Shown here: positions 49,148 through 62,272 of the stretch, piece after piece
Layout: every line of letters starts with the position of its first letter
Position numbering within the stretch: the first letter of the stretch is position 1
Origin: Eledone cirrhosa
Taxonomy: Eukaryota
Length of the DNA stretch: 64,000 nucleotides
Direction of reading: 5' to 3'
Assembly: GCA_964016885.1 (NCBI GenBank)
Contig: OZ024750.1
Location: 14,508,001-14,572,000 of the forward strand
Notes under the pieces: generated by a model
What the model saw: the letters and a program-made list of their open reading frames with translations, nothing else
The model's database searches: none
What the model was told of the DNA's origin: nothing
Made by a program: the position numbers and the translations under genes

Positions 49148-50139
49148 CCTTGTATCAAATTTCACACACACACACACCTCCAGGGGGGAAAACCCTCTAT
49201 ATTACTGATGAATTGTGAATGATAATGTTTTTGTATTTCACCCTTGGGGTACATTAGATTTGGTTATTCTATATCAGGATGTTTGTGATTAATTGTAAAA
49301 TATGGAGAAACTCTCTTTTGTTGTCATTTTCAGTTTATATTCACCAAGCAGAAATCTTGAGCAGAAATGCAACAGGAAAAATTCCATTTTTTTAATGTTC
49401 AATTTCCAAGAGTTTTTTTTTTTTAAACTGTAGAAAAAATTATAGGAATTTTTAATATTATTGGTTTAGTCAAGGATGGCATATTTTTCCCATCCCTCTC
49501 ACACAATTCTCTTTTTTTTTTTCCAATATTAGTTCCTTTGTAACATAAAACTATTTCTTCCATCATATTCTCAAAATATAAGCTCTTAGAATCAAATAAT
49601 ATTGAGCCAATTTTGCTGCATTACTTTTGGATAATAAAGAATAGTTATGGTAGTACTGGTATAGTACTAAGCTACAGCCTTCTCATTAGCTACTGCATTA
49701 TACTTTTTAAAACATTTTTAATAAATTGTTTTAATTTTGTCTAATCTGAACATGATTTTAGAATTTATTTTCAAATTTATTTTAAAAAAAAACAACTAGC
49801 TATATAAAATTTTTCTATTTGTTTAGCAAGATCAGTATTTGAAATACTTGTTTTACTTGACTATAAAAACTGAAGGTGACTCTTAGAATATTCATATTAC
49901 AAGTTTTAGCTATTTTTATCTAAATTACATTATAGTGTGAATGATCTTTCACTTAATCCTTTTCTTATGGTATTTCTAATGAAAAATACTGCCTAGAATC
50001 TTCAAATAATCAGAAATTGGTAAAATAACTGGGCCAATAAAACAATTAAACATACTGGGGTTGATTTAATCAAATTCATCCTTCATTTTAATTTTATAAA
50101 TCTATGACCGTGTACCAATATAAAAATCAACATTATTAT

Positions 50140-50668
50140 TAGTGGATTGGCAGTATCGGCAGAGGGTCGAACACCATGCTTTCCAGCATAGTTATGTCCC
50201 TTTACGATCTGAGTTCAAATCCAGCCGAGGTTGACTTTGCCTTTCATCCTTACGGGGTCGATAAAATAAAGTACCAGTAATGCACTGGGTAATTGCTGGC
50301 CTTGTGCCAAAAGTAGAAACAATTATTATTATTAGAGTTAGGGCCCTTTACGTTCTGAGTTCAAATCCTACTGAGATTAGCTTTGCCTTTCATCCTTACA
50401 GGGGTTGATAGAATAAAGCACCAGTAATGCACTGGGGTTGATTTAATCGACGTTCTCCTTCCCTTCAAATTGCTAGCTTATTGCCAAATGTAGAAAGAAT
50501 TATTAGAGTTATGGCCCTTTACATTCTGAGTTCAAATCCTACCGAGGTTAGCTTTGCCTTACAGGGGTAGATAAAATAAAGTACCAGTAATGCACTGGGG
50601 TCGATTTAATTGACTTTCCCTGCCCCCAAAATTGTTGGCCTTGTGCCTTAATCAGAAATCATTATTAT
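50140..50668 (+). mobile_element. Three tandem SINE family B copies
   Basis: GAGTTCAAATCC...AAAGTACCAGTAATGCACTGG-type body repeated three times. Confidence 0.85.
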
Positions 50669-51403
50669 TAAAGATGTTGAAAGGGAGTAGCAGAAATGAT
50701 AGAAATACTTTGGAGGATTTAGTTATGTAACTTTTATGTTCTGAGTTTAAATCCTGCTGGGTTGAGTTTTTCTTTAATATTTCTTCTTTACAAATTAATG
50801 CCCATGCTCTCTTTTAGATAAAGGTGTTGACACTAAGGTGGCTATATAACTCATTACAGGTTTTCTTCTGGTGCAATAAAATCATGTCAATATATAAAAT
50901 TGATAAAAAAACAACAAGACGATCTTAATGCTAAGACTAATAAAACAAATATTTATATTACTCTTATGTATTTTATTAACCCTTTAGCATTTAAACCAGC
51001 CATATCTGGCCAGAATTCTCTCAGTTGTAATCAACTCATACCGATGTTAAGGTATTGTTCTCAAAATCAAAATCTTGTAACTGATATTATGTGAGATCAA
51101 GCCTTTTCTGTGAAAATATGATAGTATATATAGAGTAATGAGAATGCTAAAGGGTTAAATATGGTAAACATTATAATTCTAGATAAATAGTAGAAAGGAA
51201 AACTCTAATTAGATTGAAACTGCTTAGGTGACATACTCTGAAGAATTTTCAAATCTGGTTTCAACTTGGTCTCCTCAAAAGTTGTCTGTATATTGAATCA
51301 CTATATGAAGGCAACAGTCTGTGAATCTATCAAAGAAGGATATACAATAAAGTATGTTTTTTTTTAAACAACCATATTCTTTATTTTAAACATATCGAAC
51401 TCA

Positions 51404-51850
51404 TAATAATAATAATGAAATTATTGTGTACAGTGCTCAGGTGCACTGTACACAACTCATCAAATGTGCATGTATAGTACATAGAATAATGTACAAATGC
51501 TGGGAAAGTGAACAGTGTATGAGTCATGATATACACACAGATACATGTGTGCGTGTGTATGGAGGGGGAATATCAGATGTAGTGTTGGCAAATTTCTGGA
51601 AACATGGAAGTTTTGAAGGGTGCAGTATCCCAACAGTTAATAACTGATGCAGGTAGTTTGTTCCATGCTTCAGCAACTCTGAGTGTAAAAAATGTTTCTG
51701 AAAGTCATGGGAGCTGTGCTGTTTTCTGATTTTGTAAGCATGTTCATGGGTGTTAGACATATGGAATTCAAGATGGTTAATAATCTTGTATGTGTCTATC
51801 AAGTATATTACTGCTTCCAATTACTCTTCTACTGCAACCTCAATTTAGTC
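51404..51850 (-). mobile_element. CR1/L2-like LINE 3' fragment, longest copy in the window
   Basis: LIDTYKIINHL...HAYKIRKQHSSHDFQKHF, then an [10 protein letters not shown] frame and (ATT)n tail. Confidence 0.8.
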
Positions 51851-52594
51851 TTTCTCTTTTGCAATAGTAAAATACAATTATTAAAAATGTTTAGAATAAT
51901 GGGTTAAATTAAGTTTGAAAAATGGTCTTCTTGCACAGAGTATTGTAAAATCTTCAAGATCTGATCTCATTTTTCAATAAAATGGCACTTTTTATGTAGG
52001 CAAAAACCAAGATTTTACAACAGTTATATTTCACATGCTAATTCAAATCTTTTTACTTTCATTTCCTTTTAACAATTATTTGGATGAAACTGTTTTCATA
52101 TAAAGAAAAAAAAAGAGTAAGTAAATTTTCAAAGTGGATGGAATGGTATTCAGCTGAGAATACTCGATGCCCACATTTATTTCAAATTCTAATTAAAAAA
52201 GGAAAACTGTTTTTGTTTTCATTCATGAAAATGTTATATTATTTGTGATAAAATGACAAGCTAAATCCAAAATATCTATTTCATGAATTAATATTTTTAT
52301 ATGTAGATATTATGTAAATAAAATTTTTCATAAAATATCTTGACTGTTGTTTTGTTTAAGTATCTTGCTCAATAATGTTTCAAATATCACATTTTCTAAC
52401 AGAATTCCGATTAACTGGAGCATTTGAGCAAAAATACCTTGTGGTTGGTGTTAGGAAGGGCATCCAGCTGTAGAAAACCTGCCAGATACAGTCCTAGACG
52501 AGCGAGACACGGTCACCTGAACAATCTTACCTCAAGTGTGACAATTCCCATCTAACACATGCTAGCATGGAAGATAGACGTTAAACGATGATGA

Positions 52595-52638
<44 letters not shown>

Positions 52639-54297
52639 GTGTAAATAGTTAAGCATTTCATAGGCACATGTATCTTTACCGTCATTTTCAGGGAGATTCA
52701 GAATGACATAGTGTGTAACAAAGTTGGCTCATTGAATTACGGGTACAATTATGGGCTACCAAACAATTTTGTCTACCCACTTTCACTCACAAGGCATGGG
52801 TTGATATGAGACTATGAAAAAAGGGTTATTGTCCAACATGCTAAACAGAGGGATCAAACCTGCTAACCAATGATTGAAAAGCCATCTTTTAACCATTTTT
52901 ATTGAATGGTCTTTCTACCTGAAATATTAATTTTCTCTTCTTCCCCACAGTAAAATTATTTATTCTAATTTGTGGACTCTGTTTTCAACATAATTGTTAT
53001 CAAAAGGTAATCTACTCTACTGGTTTATGGCCATTAGTGACATATGCCTGAAAAAAAAAGATTTCTTTTAGTTTTGACAAGGCACAAAGGTTACTATATG
53101 AAATCCTGCTTAACTCTGTACAAAACCAGTACATATTTCATCAATTCTATGAGAATAAAAGGTCAAGTATTAACTGGACTCACACCGTTGGATGACAATA
53201 ATATTGTTTCTTTTGCACATCTTATTTAAAAAAAAACCTTCTGCTCGCTTTCATTCTATCATCATCTCTGTTTAACGTCCATTTTTCCACACCGGCATGG
53301 GTTAGATGAGTTATCCTGTAGTGAGCAATGTCAAGTCAGGTGATTATGTCTTGCTCATTCAGAACCAATTTTGGCTTGGTTACATATATGTAAAATTTAC
53401 TTATTTGGAACAATATGAATAATAAAAGTAAAGCATAAACAGTGACAAAGAATCACAAAGTTAGAATTTTATGTGATAGTGTAAATGTGGTTGGTATTAG
53501 AAAGGGCATCCAGCTGTAAAAACCCCGGCCAAATTTACAGTCCCATCAGAGCAAGGTGCGGTGTGGCCAATCCTGGCCAAACTTGTCTCTTGACGCAGAC
53601 GACCCGTCTGATCCATGCAAGAATGGAAAAATGGCGGTTAAACAGTGATGATGAGGAGTAAAGAGGAAGACTACTGCTAAACCAGAACAGTGTAAATGGC
53701 ACAGTAATACACTAAATGCCTTACTTACATATTAGAAATTGGGTGGTAAATTGACAGAGTTGTTAAAATGTTGGATAGAATGCTTTGCAGTATTTGTTTT
53801 GGCTCTCTGTACTCTGAATTCAAATTCTGCTCAGGTCAACTTTGCCTTTCATCCTTTTGCGCTGGATAAAATAAAATACCAGTCTAATACTGAGGTTGAT
53901 TCTTCCTCTCTGTCTCTTTTTCACTTCCTCTCTACCTTCTCTGGAAGAAATTGACTGTGTTTAGATGGGCTCCACCAGGTTTTTAAAATGTCCAAGACAT
54001 GCTGTATGTCACCTTGGTGCCCTTATGACTTCATCAGGAGTTGTGAGTCCAAACAACAAATAATAGAAATGGATGAATAAACAGGAAGATAAATGATGTC
54101 ATATTAGAAGGTAAAAAAAAACAACAAAAAACAAAAAAACAACAAATTATAAAGGTAAGTTATAAAAAAAATACAAAAAAAAAAAATTTAATATCTTATT
54201 TTTAAGAAGAAAAATATTTTTCTCGTACATTAATCTAAAGTTCTTTAAAATACTTTCTTTCCAATATTTCCCTGCAATTGAATGTTGAGCTTTTATT

Positions 54298-54468
54298 TTA
54301 TTGTAATGAACAAATTGGACTGCGTGGAGAGTTTTGAACTGAAGGAAGTTTGGGATAAGATTCATATTGAATGTTAGCAGTAACAATTTGTTGTTGTTGT
54401 TCCTTCTCCGCAGTTGTTAATTTTAAACCAACCAACTCAGCAGCAATACGTTGGAAACAAACAGAAAC
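54298..54468 (-). CDS. RAB28: Rab28 exon 6 (CaaX)
   Basis: [17 protein letters not shown]...PRSPICSLQ*. Confidence 0.93.
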   Translation of the reverse strand, partial: VSVCFQRIAAELVGLKLTTAEKEQQQQIVTANIQYESYPKLPSVQNSPRSPICSLQ

Positions 54469-57400
54469 CTATAATAGAAAAAAAAAACAAGAGAAAAATA
54501 ATTTTAATATTTTCTGCTTTCTAAATACAGATTTTTATTTTCTATAAATATGTTCAACCTATCTAAAAAAAGTCTAAAGTTTATCTCAAGACCAGAGGCT
54601 CATCAGGTTGGTGTTTATCTGGTTTCTGTGACATTAAGCAACTGAGTGTACAAGATCCCCCCTGGACAGGAAGCTAGTCCATCACAGAGTTAAAGACTGT
54701 CTTGAGCTTGAAGGCTCATCAGGCCGGTTTCTGTGGTGTTAAGCAACTGAGAGTATAAGACTTCCCCCCAGGACAGGATGCCAGTCCATCAGAGGGTTAA
54801 ACACCCAGCTATTGCTGGTACTCATGTTCAGCTGACTATATTGGAGCAACATGAAGTCTTTTCCTCAGACGGGCTGCTGTCTTTCTGATTTTATGAAGGA
54901 AATCAGAAGTGCGAGGAATGGGGACACTTGAAGCCTCAACAGCTACCAATATGAAAAGGAAGCAGTCAGTCAAGCAGAACCAAGACTTATATGGGAAACT
55001 GTAAAAGCCTATCTGATGGGCTGTATCTCCAATTTGAAGGCCAAACCTTGTTACACAGTGCCACACTGATTCTGTTAATGATACAAGTATTTGTGGAATC
55101 CTCAACCATTTATACTACAATTTAGTGAGTTGGTGATAGGAAGGGCATCCAGCCAGACAGCTTGCCAAACAAAGGGCTGGGAGGACCCCTCAGGATATGC
55201 CAGCCTCCCTAGTGTTTGGTGAGGTGACCTACACAATAAATGTACCCAGTACATGCTGTAAAGTGGTTGGTGATAGGAAGGGCATCCAGCCATGGAAAGC
55301 TGGCCAAACAAAGAGCTGGGAGGACCCTTCATTTTGGTTAAAATTTTATAAAATAATCAATTATTTAATTATTTAATTAATTAATCTTTAGCTTACACAT
55401 TCACCAGTCTTTGCACTGATAAAATGGTTAGACATATCATGGTCTGTAGCAAACTTCATATGTCTTTCTTCACTGACAGCTCTTATGTGTTCAAGATCCA
55501 CTGAAAAAGTAAATAGAAAACCATCAGTTAACATAGAATTTGGTTCTGTCAGAGAAATTGTTGTTGTTATTGTTGCTGCTGATGATGATATATATATATT
55601 ATAAACTGCTCAATGGTATCATGTGAAAATATTTACATGATTAGGAAGAATCATGAGTGTGTTTATCTGTGAAACATATACATATACTCCAAGTCCGAAC
55701 ACAAACGAGCCAAACTCCCACTGTCATTGACTCTGTCTCTCCTGCACTCCCCATCTCTTGGTTGCAGTTGATGGAGTCGTAAGGTTTATATCTATTGGAA
55801 AACATGTAAAATGAAGATGATCATTGCGATACTAACAATATAAATATTTCAAGACAAATATTTACCTTTGTTTCCAACAAGTGCCAAATGTGAAGGAGAT
55901 TTCCCACTGTGGAGACTGGATCTGTTAAGAATTAGCAGCCAATCTTCTAGATTCTCAAAGCTGATATAATTAGTAATATCATAAACCAAAAGAATTCCCT
56001 TTAAAATGTAAAAATGAAACAAATAAAAATACTGAAAATAAAACAGTTTAATGAGAAGATTCTGTCAATATGCAGGTTTGATGTGGGGCGTCCATGATGA
56101 ATATGGATGAAGTTATGGGGGAATGAAGAGTGGTATGATCTACCACTAGTAGTGAGTGTCATTGGAGGTGACAAGTAGATTGTTAATATACAGGTGTAAG
56201 GAGCACAACCAAACCTTGGGACACAGCAAAGATGACAGTGGATAAGAGGGATCTATCAGTATACACAACAATCTATCAGGATGTGGGAAGATGGAGTGGA
56301 AGGATAGGTAACATACTGAGGAAGTATTTCATGCTAGAAACAAATACTTTACTGACATCAGACCTGTCAACTTTCCCCGTCTGACGGTGAGATCTCCCAC
56401 CCACTTTGGGGTGGGTGAGAGATGTCTTCTCTTGTGAAGAGAATTGTTTCCTGAGACATTCTACCACATGCTCATAGTATCGGAGCTGTGATCTCTCATT
56501 TCGGAGAAGAGCAGCTCTACCTGAAGTGACTCTCTGATCTCCGAGCTACGCATTCTATTGAGTAACCTTACTCCAAAGATCATTCAGAGGAACCCTATTT
56601 TGGCCACTTGTATTCGCAATTGTATTCTTTCGGTCATTACCCAAGATTCATGACCATAGGTAAGGGTTGGCATGAAAACTGAATTGAAGATAGCGAGTTT
56701 GGCTTTTACGCTTACTTCCATTCTTCTGATGACCGAATGCTAAAGCATCATACATGAAATGTTTATCTCAGACCTGTCAACTCTCCCCATCTGACGGTGA
56801 GATCTCCCACTTTGGGGTGGGTGAGAGATATCTTCTTTTGTGAAAATGGGTATAGCTTTCATTATGTAAAATCTCTCCATTTTGGGGGCACTTTTTCATG
56901 GTATTTCCCGTTTGGGTTTTTAGAGGTTGGCAGTTCTGTGACATTGTTTTTTATAAATTTCTCTATTTGGAATATTATGCTGCTGCTGAATTCTAATTTC
57001 TAGTTGGAATAAAAGAGAAATTCATTACTTACATAACCATCCTAGTCTAACAATGATGGTAATTTCTTAGGCAAACATTTTTGATAGCCTTATAAAATAT
57101 TAGCCCAATCTGTTCCATTGAATGGATTTTTGTCATGACCTTATAATGTGGCCTAGTGGGTTGGACTTACAATCATAATGTCATGGATTCAATTCCTGGA
57201 CTGGGTTGTGTGTTGTGTTCTTGAACAAAACCCTTTATTTCACATTGTTCCAGTATACTCAGCTGGAAATGAGTACCAGCAGTAGAAGGGGATTTAACCC
57301 TGTAATGGGCTAGCGTCCTGACCAGGCAGGAGTCTTGTCCTCTTAGTTTCTACATGCCACGGAAACCAGGATAAGTACCGGCCTGATTAGCCTTTGAACT

Positions 57401-60400
57401 CAATACAGACTTTAGACTTTTTATAATGTAAAACTTATCTAGTTATGAAAGAGAGAAAACAAACCTCACCTCTGCTCCATATATATAATTTTCCAGCATG
57501 CTACTCCCTAAACATACTCCACTGATATCCCAAATTTGCAGCACCACATTTACTTGACCTGAAACAAAATATAATTCCAGAAATGCTTTGAAATGATGCA
57601 CCTTATGATTTGAATACGGGGAGATAAAACTGAAATATCTATGTAGAAACAGAGATTAGGGAAATGTTTAGAAGAAATCAATAGTTTTCTAATTAAGTAA
57701 TTAACACATAACAAAATGGCTGACAATAGCTTTAGGTTTTTTTCTTTTATTTTTGACCCAGAGTATAATATTTTTTTATTAAGATTTTGTTGATAAACCT
57801 AATGAAAGTTGTTCTTAAGCAGTTCATAAAGTGAAACAAAAGCAGGATTATATATAGACGAGGATAGTATAGTGAATAAGGTTTAACAATAAGCAATCTT
57901 ATTTGAGCTGTTAACTAGCTAATAATTGTTTCTACTTTTGGCACAAAGCCAGCAATTATCCCAGTACATTACTGGTACTTTATTTTATCGACTCCGTAAG
58001 GATGAAAGGCAAAGTTAACCTCGGCGGGATTGGAACTCAGATCGTAAAGGGACGTAACTATGCTGGAAAACATGTCCGACCCTCTACCGATACTGCCAAT
58101 TCACTAATAATGTTTATCAATGAGCTGTTAACTGGTTAATAATTGTTTCTACTTTAGGCACAAGGCCAGCAAATACCCAGTACATTACTGGTACTTTATT
58201 TTATCGACTGGTTAATAATGTTTAGTAATAAGCCCTAAAAAAATGCTGACCTACTTTCTGGACAATTTCCTTTCGTTTTCTTCACCTTCTTCTTTCTGAG
58301 TGGATTGTGGGGGAAGAGTATTCAAGCACTCTTTCCAGCAAGTCCTATTAGAAGTAATCATCACCAATTGTTCTGGCTGGATTCTCAAATGAGATCAGTC
58401 AACCTCATGGATGTTATCCAACCATCCTGCTCAGAGTCTACTCCTAGGTTTCCTGCTCGTTGGTATTGCCCGTAAAATCTGACCACATGCCTGTAATATT
58501 GGAGCTGTGATCTCTCAATTTGGAGAAGTAGCAGCTCTGCCTAAAGCAGGTGTAGAAATTTAAGTATCTCGGGGCCATGTTCACAAGTGATGGAAAGCAG
58601 GAAGCAGAATTAAGTGCAAGAATTGCAGGAGCTGGTGCAGTAATGCACCAGCTTCAGTATTCCGTCACCAGAAGAAAGGAGGTAAGTGTGAAAGCCAAAC
58701 TTGCGATCTTCAATTCGGTATTCATGCCAACCCTTACCTATGGTCATGAATCTTGGGTAAGGATGAAAAGAATACAATTGCAAATACAAGTGGCTAAAAT
58801 GGAGTTCTTGCAAAGAGTCTTTGAAACTATATCTCTGATATAGTTAACCTTTAGCATGCTAGAAATTTTTATGAATTACTTCCCTTGACACTGCATTATC
58901 TATTAAGGGGAGATTACTCTATTGGTGACTTAATGCACCTGGAGCGTCCAGAATCTTATCTCTGATAGGATTTGAAATCAATATTGCAAACTAACAAAAC
59001 ACTCGTCATTTACACAATGCTTCTTCTGTTGCTTACAGTAGTGAGCTTTATTTACATATGATACAACTAAATGAACTAGGTCATTTGAAAATGAAGTGTC
59101 TAAACATGAACACCTTGTACAATGTAACAGGATAAAAGCTATTGACTATTGACACCTTAACAGTCTGACACTCTATTGAATCAGCCAGAAATCTCATTTA
59201 ATCTAGACTAACAGATATATATATATATATATATTTAATGTAAAACACATACACACATAAAAAGTTCTACTTACCCCTTAGAAGTATTCTTTTCAAATAA
59301 AAATCTACGCCCATGGTTTTTTTATACTCTTTCTCAAAATTGTCCTGTGTGTATCGAGTTGCTATGGAAGTCTGCAAGATTCAAAAGTAGATTTATTTAG
59401 GTTTAACCCTTTAGCATTTAAACTGGTCATATCTGGCCAGAATTCTCTCACCACCTCTTTCCGTTCAAACTAGTTGCTCATTCTTATGTTAAGATATTGT
59501 TCTCAAAATAAACGATATCAAAATCTCATAGATTCGATATTATGTGAGATGAAGTGTTTACCATGAAAATACAATAGTATATATAGAGTAATGTAAATGA
59601 CAAAGGGTTACTAACAGCATTCGTCAATTTATATATATATATATTTATGTTTCTATATATATATGTATGTGTTGATATTTATGTGCGTATGTATGTATGT
59701 GTATATTTATATACATGTGTATATGTGTGTGTGTATGTATGAGTGTATGTATATATATATATATATATATGTGTGTATATGTATGCTTTTTTGTGTGTGT
59801 GTGTGTGTGTGTGTCTGCATGTGTGTTTTTATTTTATTTTTCCTTTCCTTCTTCTTTCTCCAGCCTCACTTTCATATAAATTGCACTTTTGTTTTTAAAA
59901 TCCAAATTCAATAAACAGACCAGGATTTTTTCATACTGATGATTGAAAGCAAAATCTTTTGCTTTTAAGAAACCACTGGTAAATGGAATAATTGCCTTAT
60001 GTTGTTTATTACATAACTATATATATATATAAATAGAAAGTAGTTTATTTTAGTCAAGCATCTTGTCTAAACCTTATTTTCAATTCAATTGAATTTTGTC
60101 ATTGAATTAATACATAAAAAAAGACAAAGAATTTAGCATTTAAACCGGCCATAACCAACCAGAAGTCTCTCACCTCTTTCTGTTCAAACTGGCCATAACT
60201 GACCAATCATACTTATGTTAAGGTATTATTCACAAAATAAATCATATCAAAATCTCATAGATTCGATATTATGTACGATAAAGCCTTTACCACAAAAATA
60301 CAATATATAAATAGAATAATGTAAATGCTAAATGGTTAATTCAGTTGTGTAGAGTGACTTGCTAACTCAGGTGTGTCGAGTGATTTGCTGGTTCGAGTGT

Positions 60401-62116
60401 GTAGAGGGACTTGCTGACTCAGGTGTGTAGAGTGACTCGCTGATTCAGATGTGTAGAATGGCTTGCTGACTCAGTTGATTATAGAGTGATTTGCAGACTC
60501 AGTTGATCATAGAATTACTTGCTGGCTCAGTTGTGTAATGTAGAGGGATTTACTAGGTTGATCATTGAGTGACTTGCTGATCCAATTGATTGTAGAGTGA
60601 CTTGCTGATCCAGTTGATTGCTGACTCAGTTGATCAGTTTAAACCCTGTTGTGTAATAATTCTCAATAACATTATTTTTACTTTTATGGGTCTTCTTTTG
60701 TATTATGAATTTGAATCTTGCTGAGGTTGATTTTATATTTATCATGTGAACATAATGTATGTTTTAACCTGCAACATTTACCTAACTATATAATAAACAA
60801 CTGAAAGTCTGGTTTATTGGTAAATAATATTTTTTCTGTTTGTAGTATTCAAGACGCCTGGTGAAGCTGAACCATTACCAACAAAGTTTTTGTCATTGTT
60901 GGCAGCTTGCCTTACAGAAGTATCAGGTGAGGCTCCTAAGGGTGCTTGGCTATTCCAGCGCCTTAGCCTCGCTATCACCCATCTTATGCTGTTTAGGCTT
61001 GCTTCAAAATTTTTTGGAGTGCTACACTGTAATTGGCTGTGTATATATCCTCTTTTGGACTATTTTAAAATTGATTTGTTTGTTTTGTAGATCATAATCA
61101 TCATATAAATTCAATATAATCTTAATCAATATTATAATTGTATAGCCTTTATGTCCGTGCTACGATCTGTCAAAAACGTTCTCAAATTTTGATAGAATTC
61201 ATGGAACAGAAGTGTAAGACAAAGGAGTGTGCGTGCGTTCTAACGGTGTTGTTTATCTGTTTTACTTATTTCAGTCATTAGACTGTGACCATGCTAGGGC
61301 ACCACCGCTTTGAAGAGATTTAATCGAGCATATCGACCTCAATACTTATCTTTTTCAAGTCTAGTATATATATTATTTTATGGATCACTTTTGTTGAATC
61401 GTTAAGTTATGCATAAATACAGTAAACATAAACATAGTCATACATGTACACAACTGGCTTTCACAAAGTTTCCGAGTGCTAAATTTTGGTCAACCTGATT
61501 CTATCGTAGAAGACATTTGCCATAAAAGAACCAAATAAACTTAATCCATTCATAAAAAAAAATGAGTGTTGATGATAAACAGACAGTTCTTTTTAAATTA
61601 AACACAAAAATAAAAATGGACTTGTGAATTTCAAATAAATCTTTAAGACTAAAATTATTTTACCTTTTCTTTATTTTTAACATAGATAAAATAATTTTAG
61701 AGAAAAAGTTATAGTTAAATAGTTGTAAAATAGTTTATGAAGTAATTAACTCAAAAACATGATTTGCTTTATTTTTCAATATCCCAAAACAAAAGTATTT
61801 TAAAATTGGTTCCTTTATAAACAAATGCTGAAGAAAAAAACTTTTTAAATCTCATATTGATTAAAATTACAAACAAATAAATAACAAACAAATAAATTAT
61901 CGATTCTTATTATATTTCTACTCAAGAGTTCAATCAATTATTAGGTGGGAAAATCAAAGAAATATTCCACAGAGGTTGCTTAGAAAATGGAAGTGATAAA
62001 TAGGATGGTTGGAAATAAAGCTTAGGAGTTTTTATATTTACCTTCCCCGTGACACTGTCACCGATAATAACAATCTTAAGTCGTTTATCAATCGATTCAT
62101 TTTCTGAGTCTGACAT
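54298..62116 (-). CDS. RAB28: Rab28 small GTPase, spliced gene of 6 coding exons, 669 nt, 222 aa
   Basis: MSDSENE...[74 protein letters not shown] and C-terminal CSLQ. It is colinear with the recalled human RAB28 sequence. Confidence 0.95.
55397..55500 (-). CDS. RAB28: Rab28 exon 5
   Basis: [34 protein letters not shown]|gtaagc. Confidence 0.95.
55866..55998 (-). CDS. RAB28: Rab28 exon 4
   Basis: [20 protein letters not shown]...LALVGNK|gtaaa. Confidence 0.95.
56440..56746 (-). mobile_element. RTE-like LINE fragment between about 80-bp direct repeats
   Basis: Minus strand [20 protein letters not shown]. Flanks 56358-56438 and 56768-56845 are near-identical. Confidence 0.75.
57470..57558 (-). 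CDS. RAB28: Rab28 exon 3 (G3/switch II)
   Basis: tttcag|[30 protein letters not shown]|gtgagg. Confidence 0.94.
58285..58830. mobile_element. RTE-like LINE insertion with an inverted 5' segment
   Basis: About 58285-58542 is a minus-strand 3' end. About 58545-58830 is the upstream part of the element on + (FKYLG...[20 protein letters not shown]). Confidence 0.7.
59275..59371 (-). CDS. RAB28: Rab28 exon 2
   Basis: ttgcag|[32 protein letters not shown]|gtaagt. Confidence 0.95.
60340..60637. repeat. Degenerate tandem repeat of about 27-30 bp
   Basis: TGTGTAGAGTGACTTGCTGACTCAG-type unit. Confidence 0.8.
62042..62116 (-). CDS. RAB28: Rab28 exon 1
   Basis: [25 protein letters not shown]|gtaaat. 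Confidence 0.95.
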
Positions 62117-62264
62117 TGACTATCGTAATCCGGCAGTTGTTAACAAAATATTTATATACAATAATTATCGATTAGTGAAGCATCACAGATCAACAAATAT
62201 TTGTTTAGTATTATTAAAGCTATGATGCTAGTAGCGACAGGGTGTAAGACGAAGAAAAACATTT

Positions 62265-62272
62265 TGACGTCA
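62265..62272. promoter_or_regulatory. Palindromic CRE (TGACGTCA) upstream of Rab28
   Basis: Exact 8-mer about 150 bp upstream of the ATG, next to ATCCG/TTCC ETS-like motifs. Confidence 0.45.

Noticed and set aside
54000-54045. Minus-strand CTGATGA-A-GTCA...TGAC as a hammerhead (similar at about 15020-15052 and 22515-22555)
   Set aside because: The required GAAA after helix II is absent.
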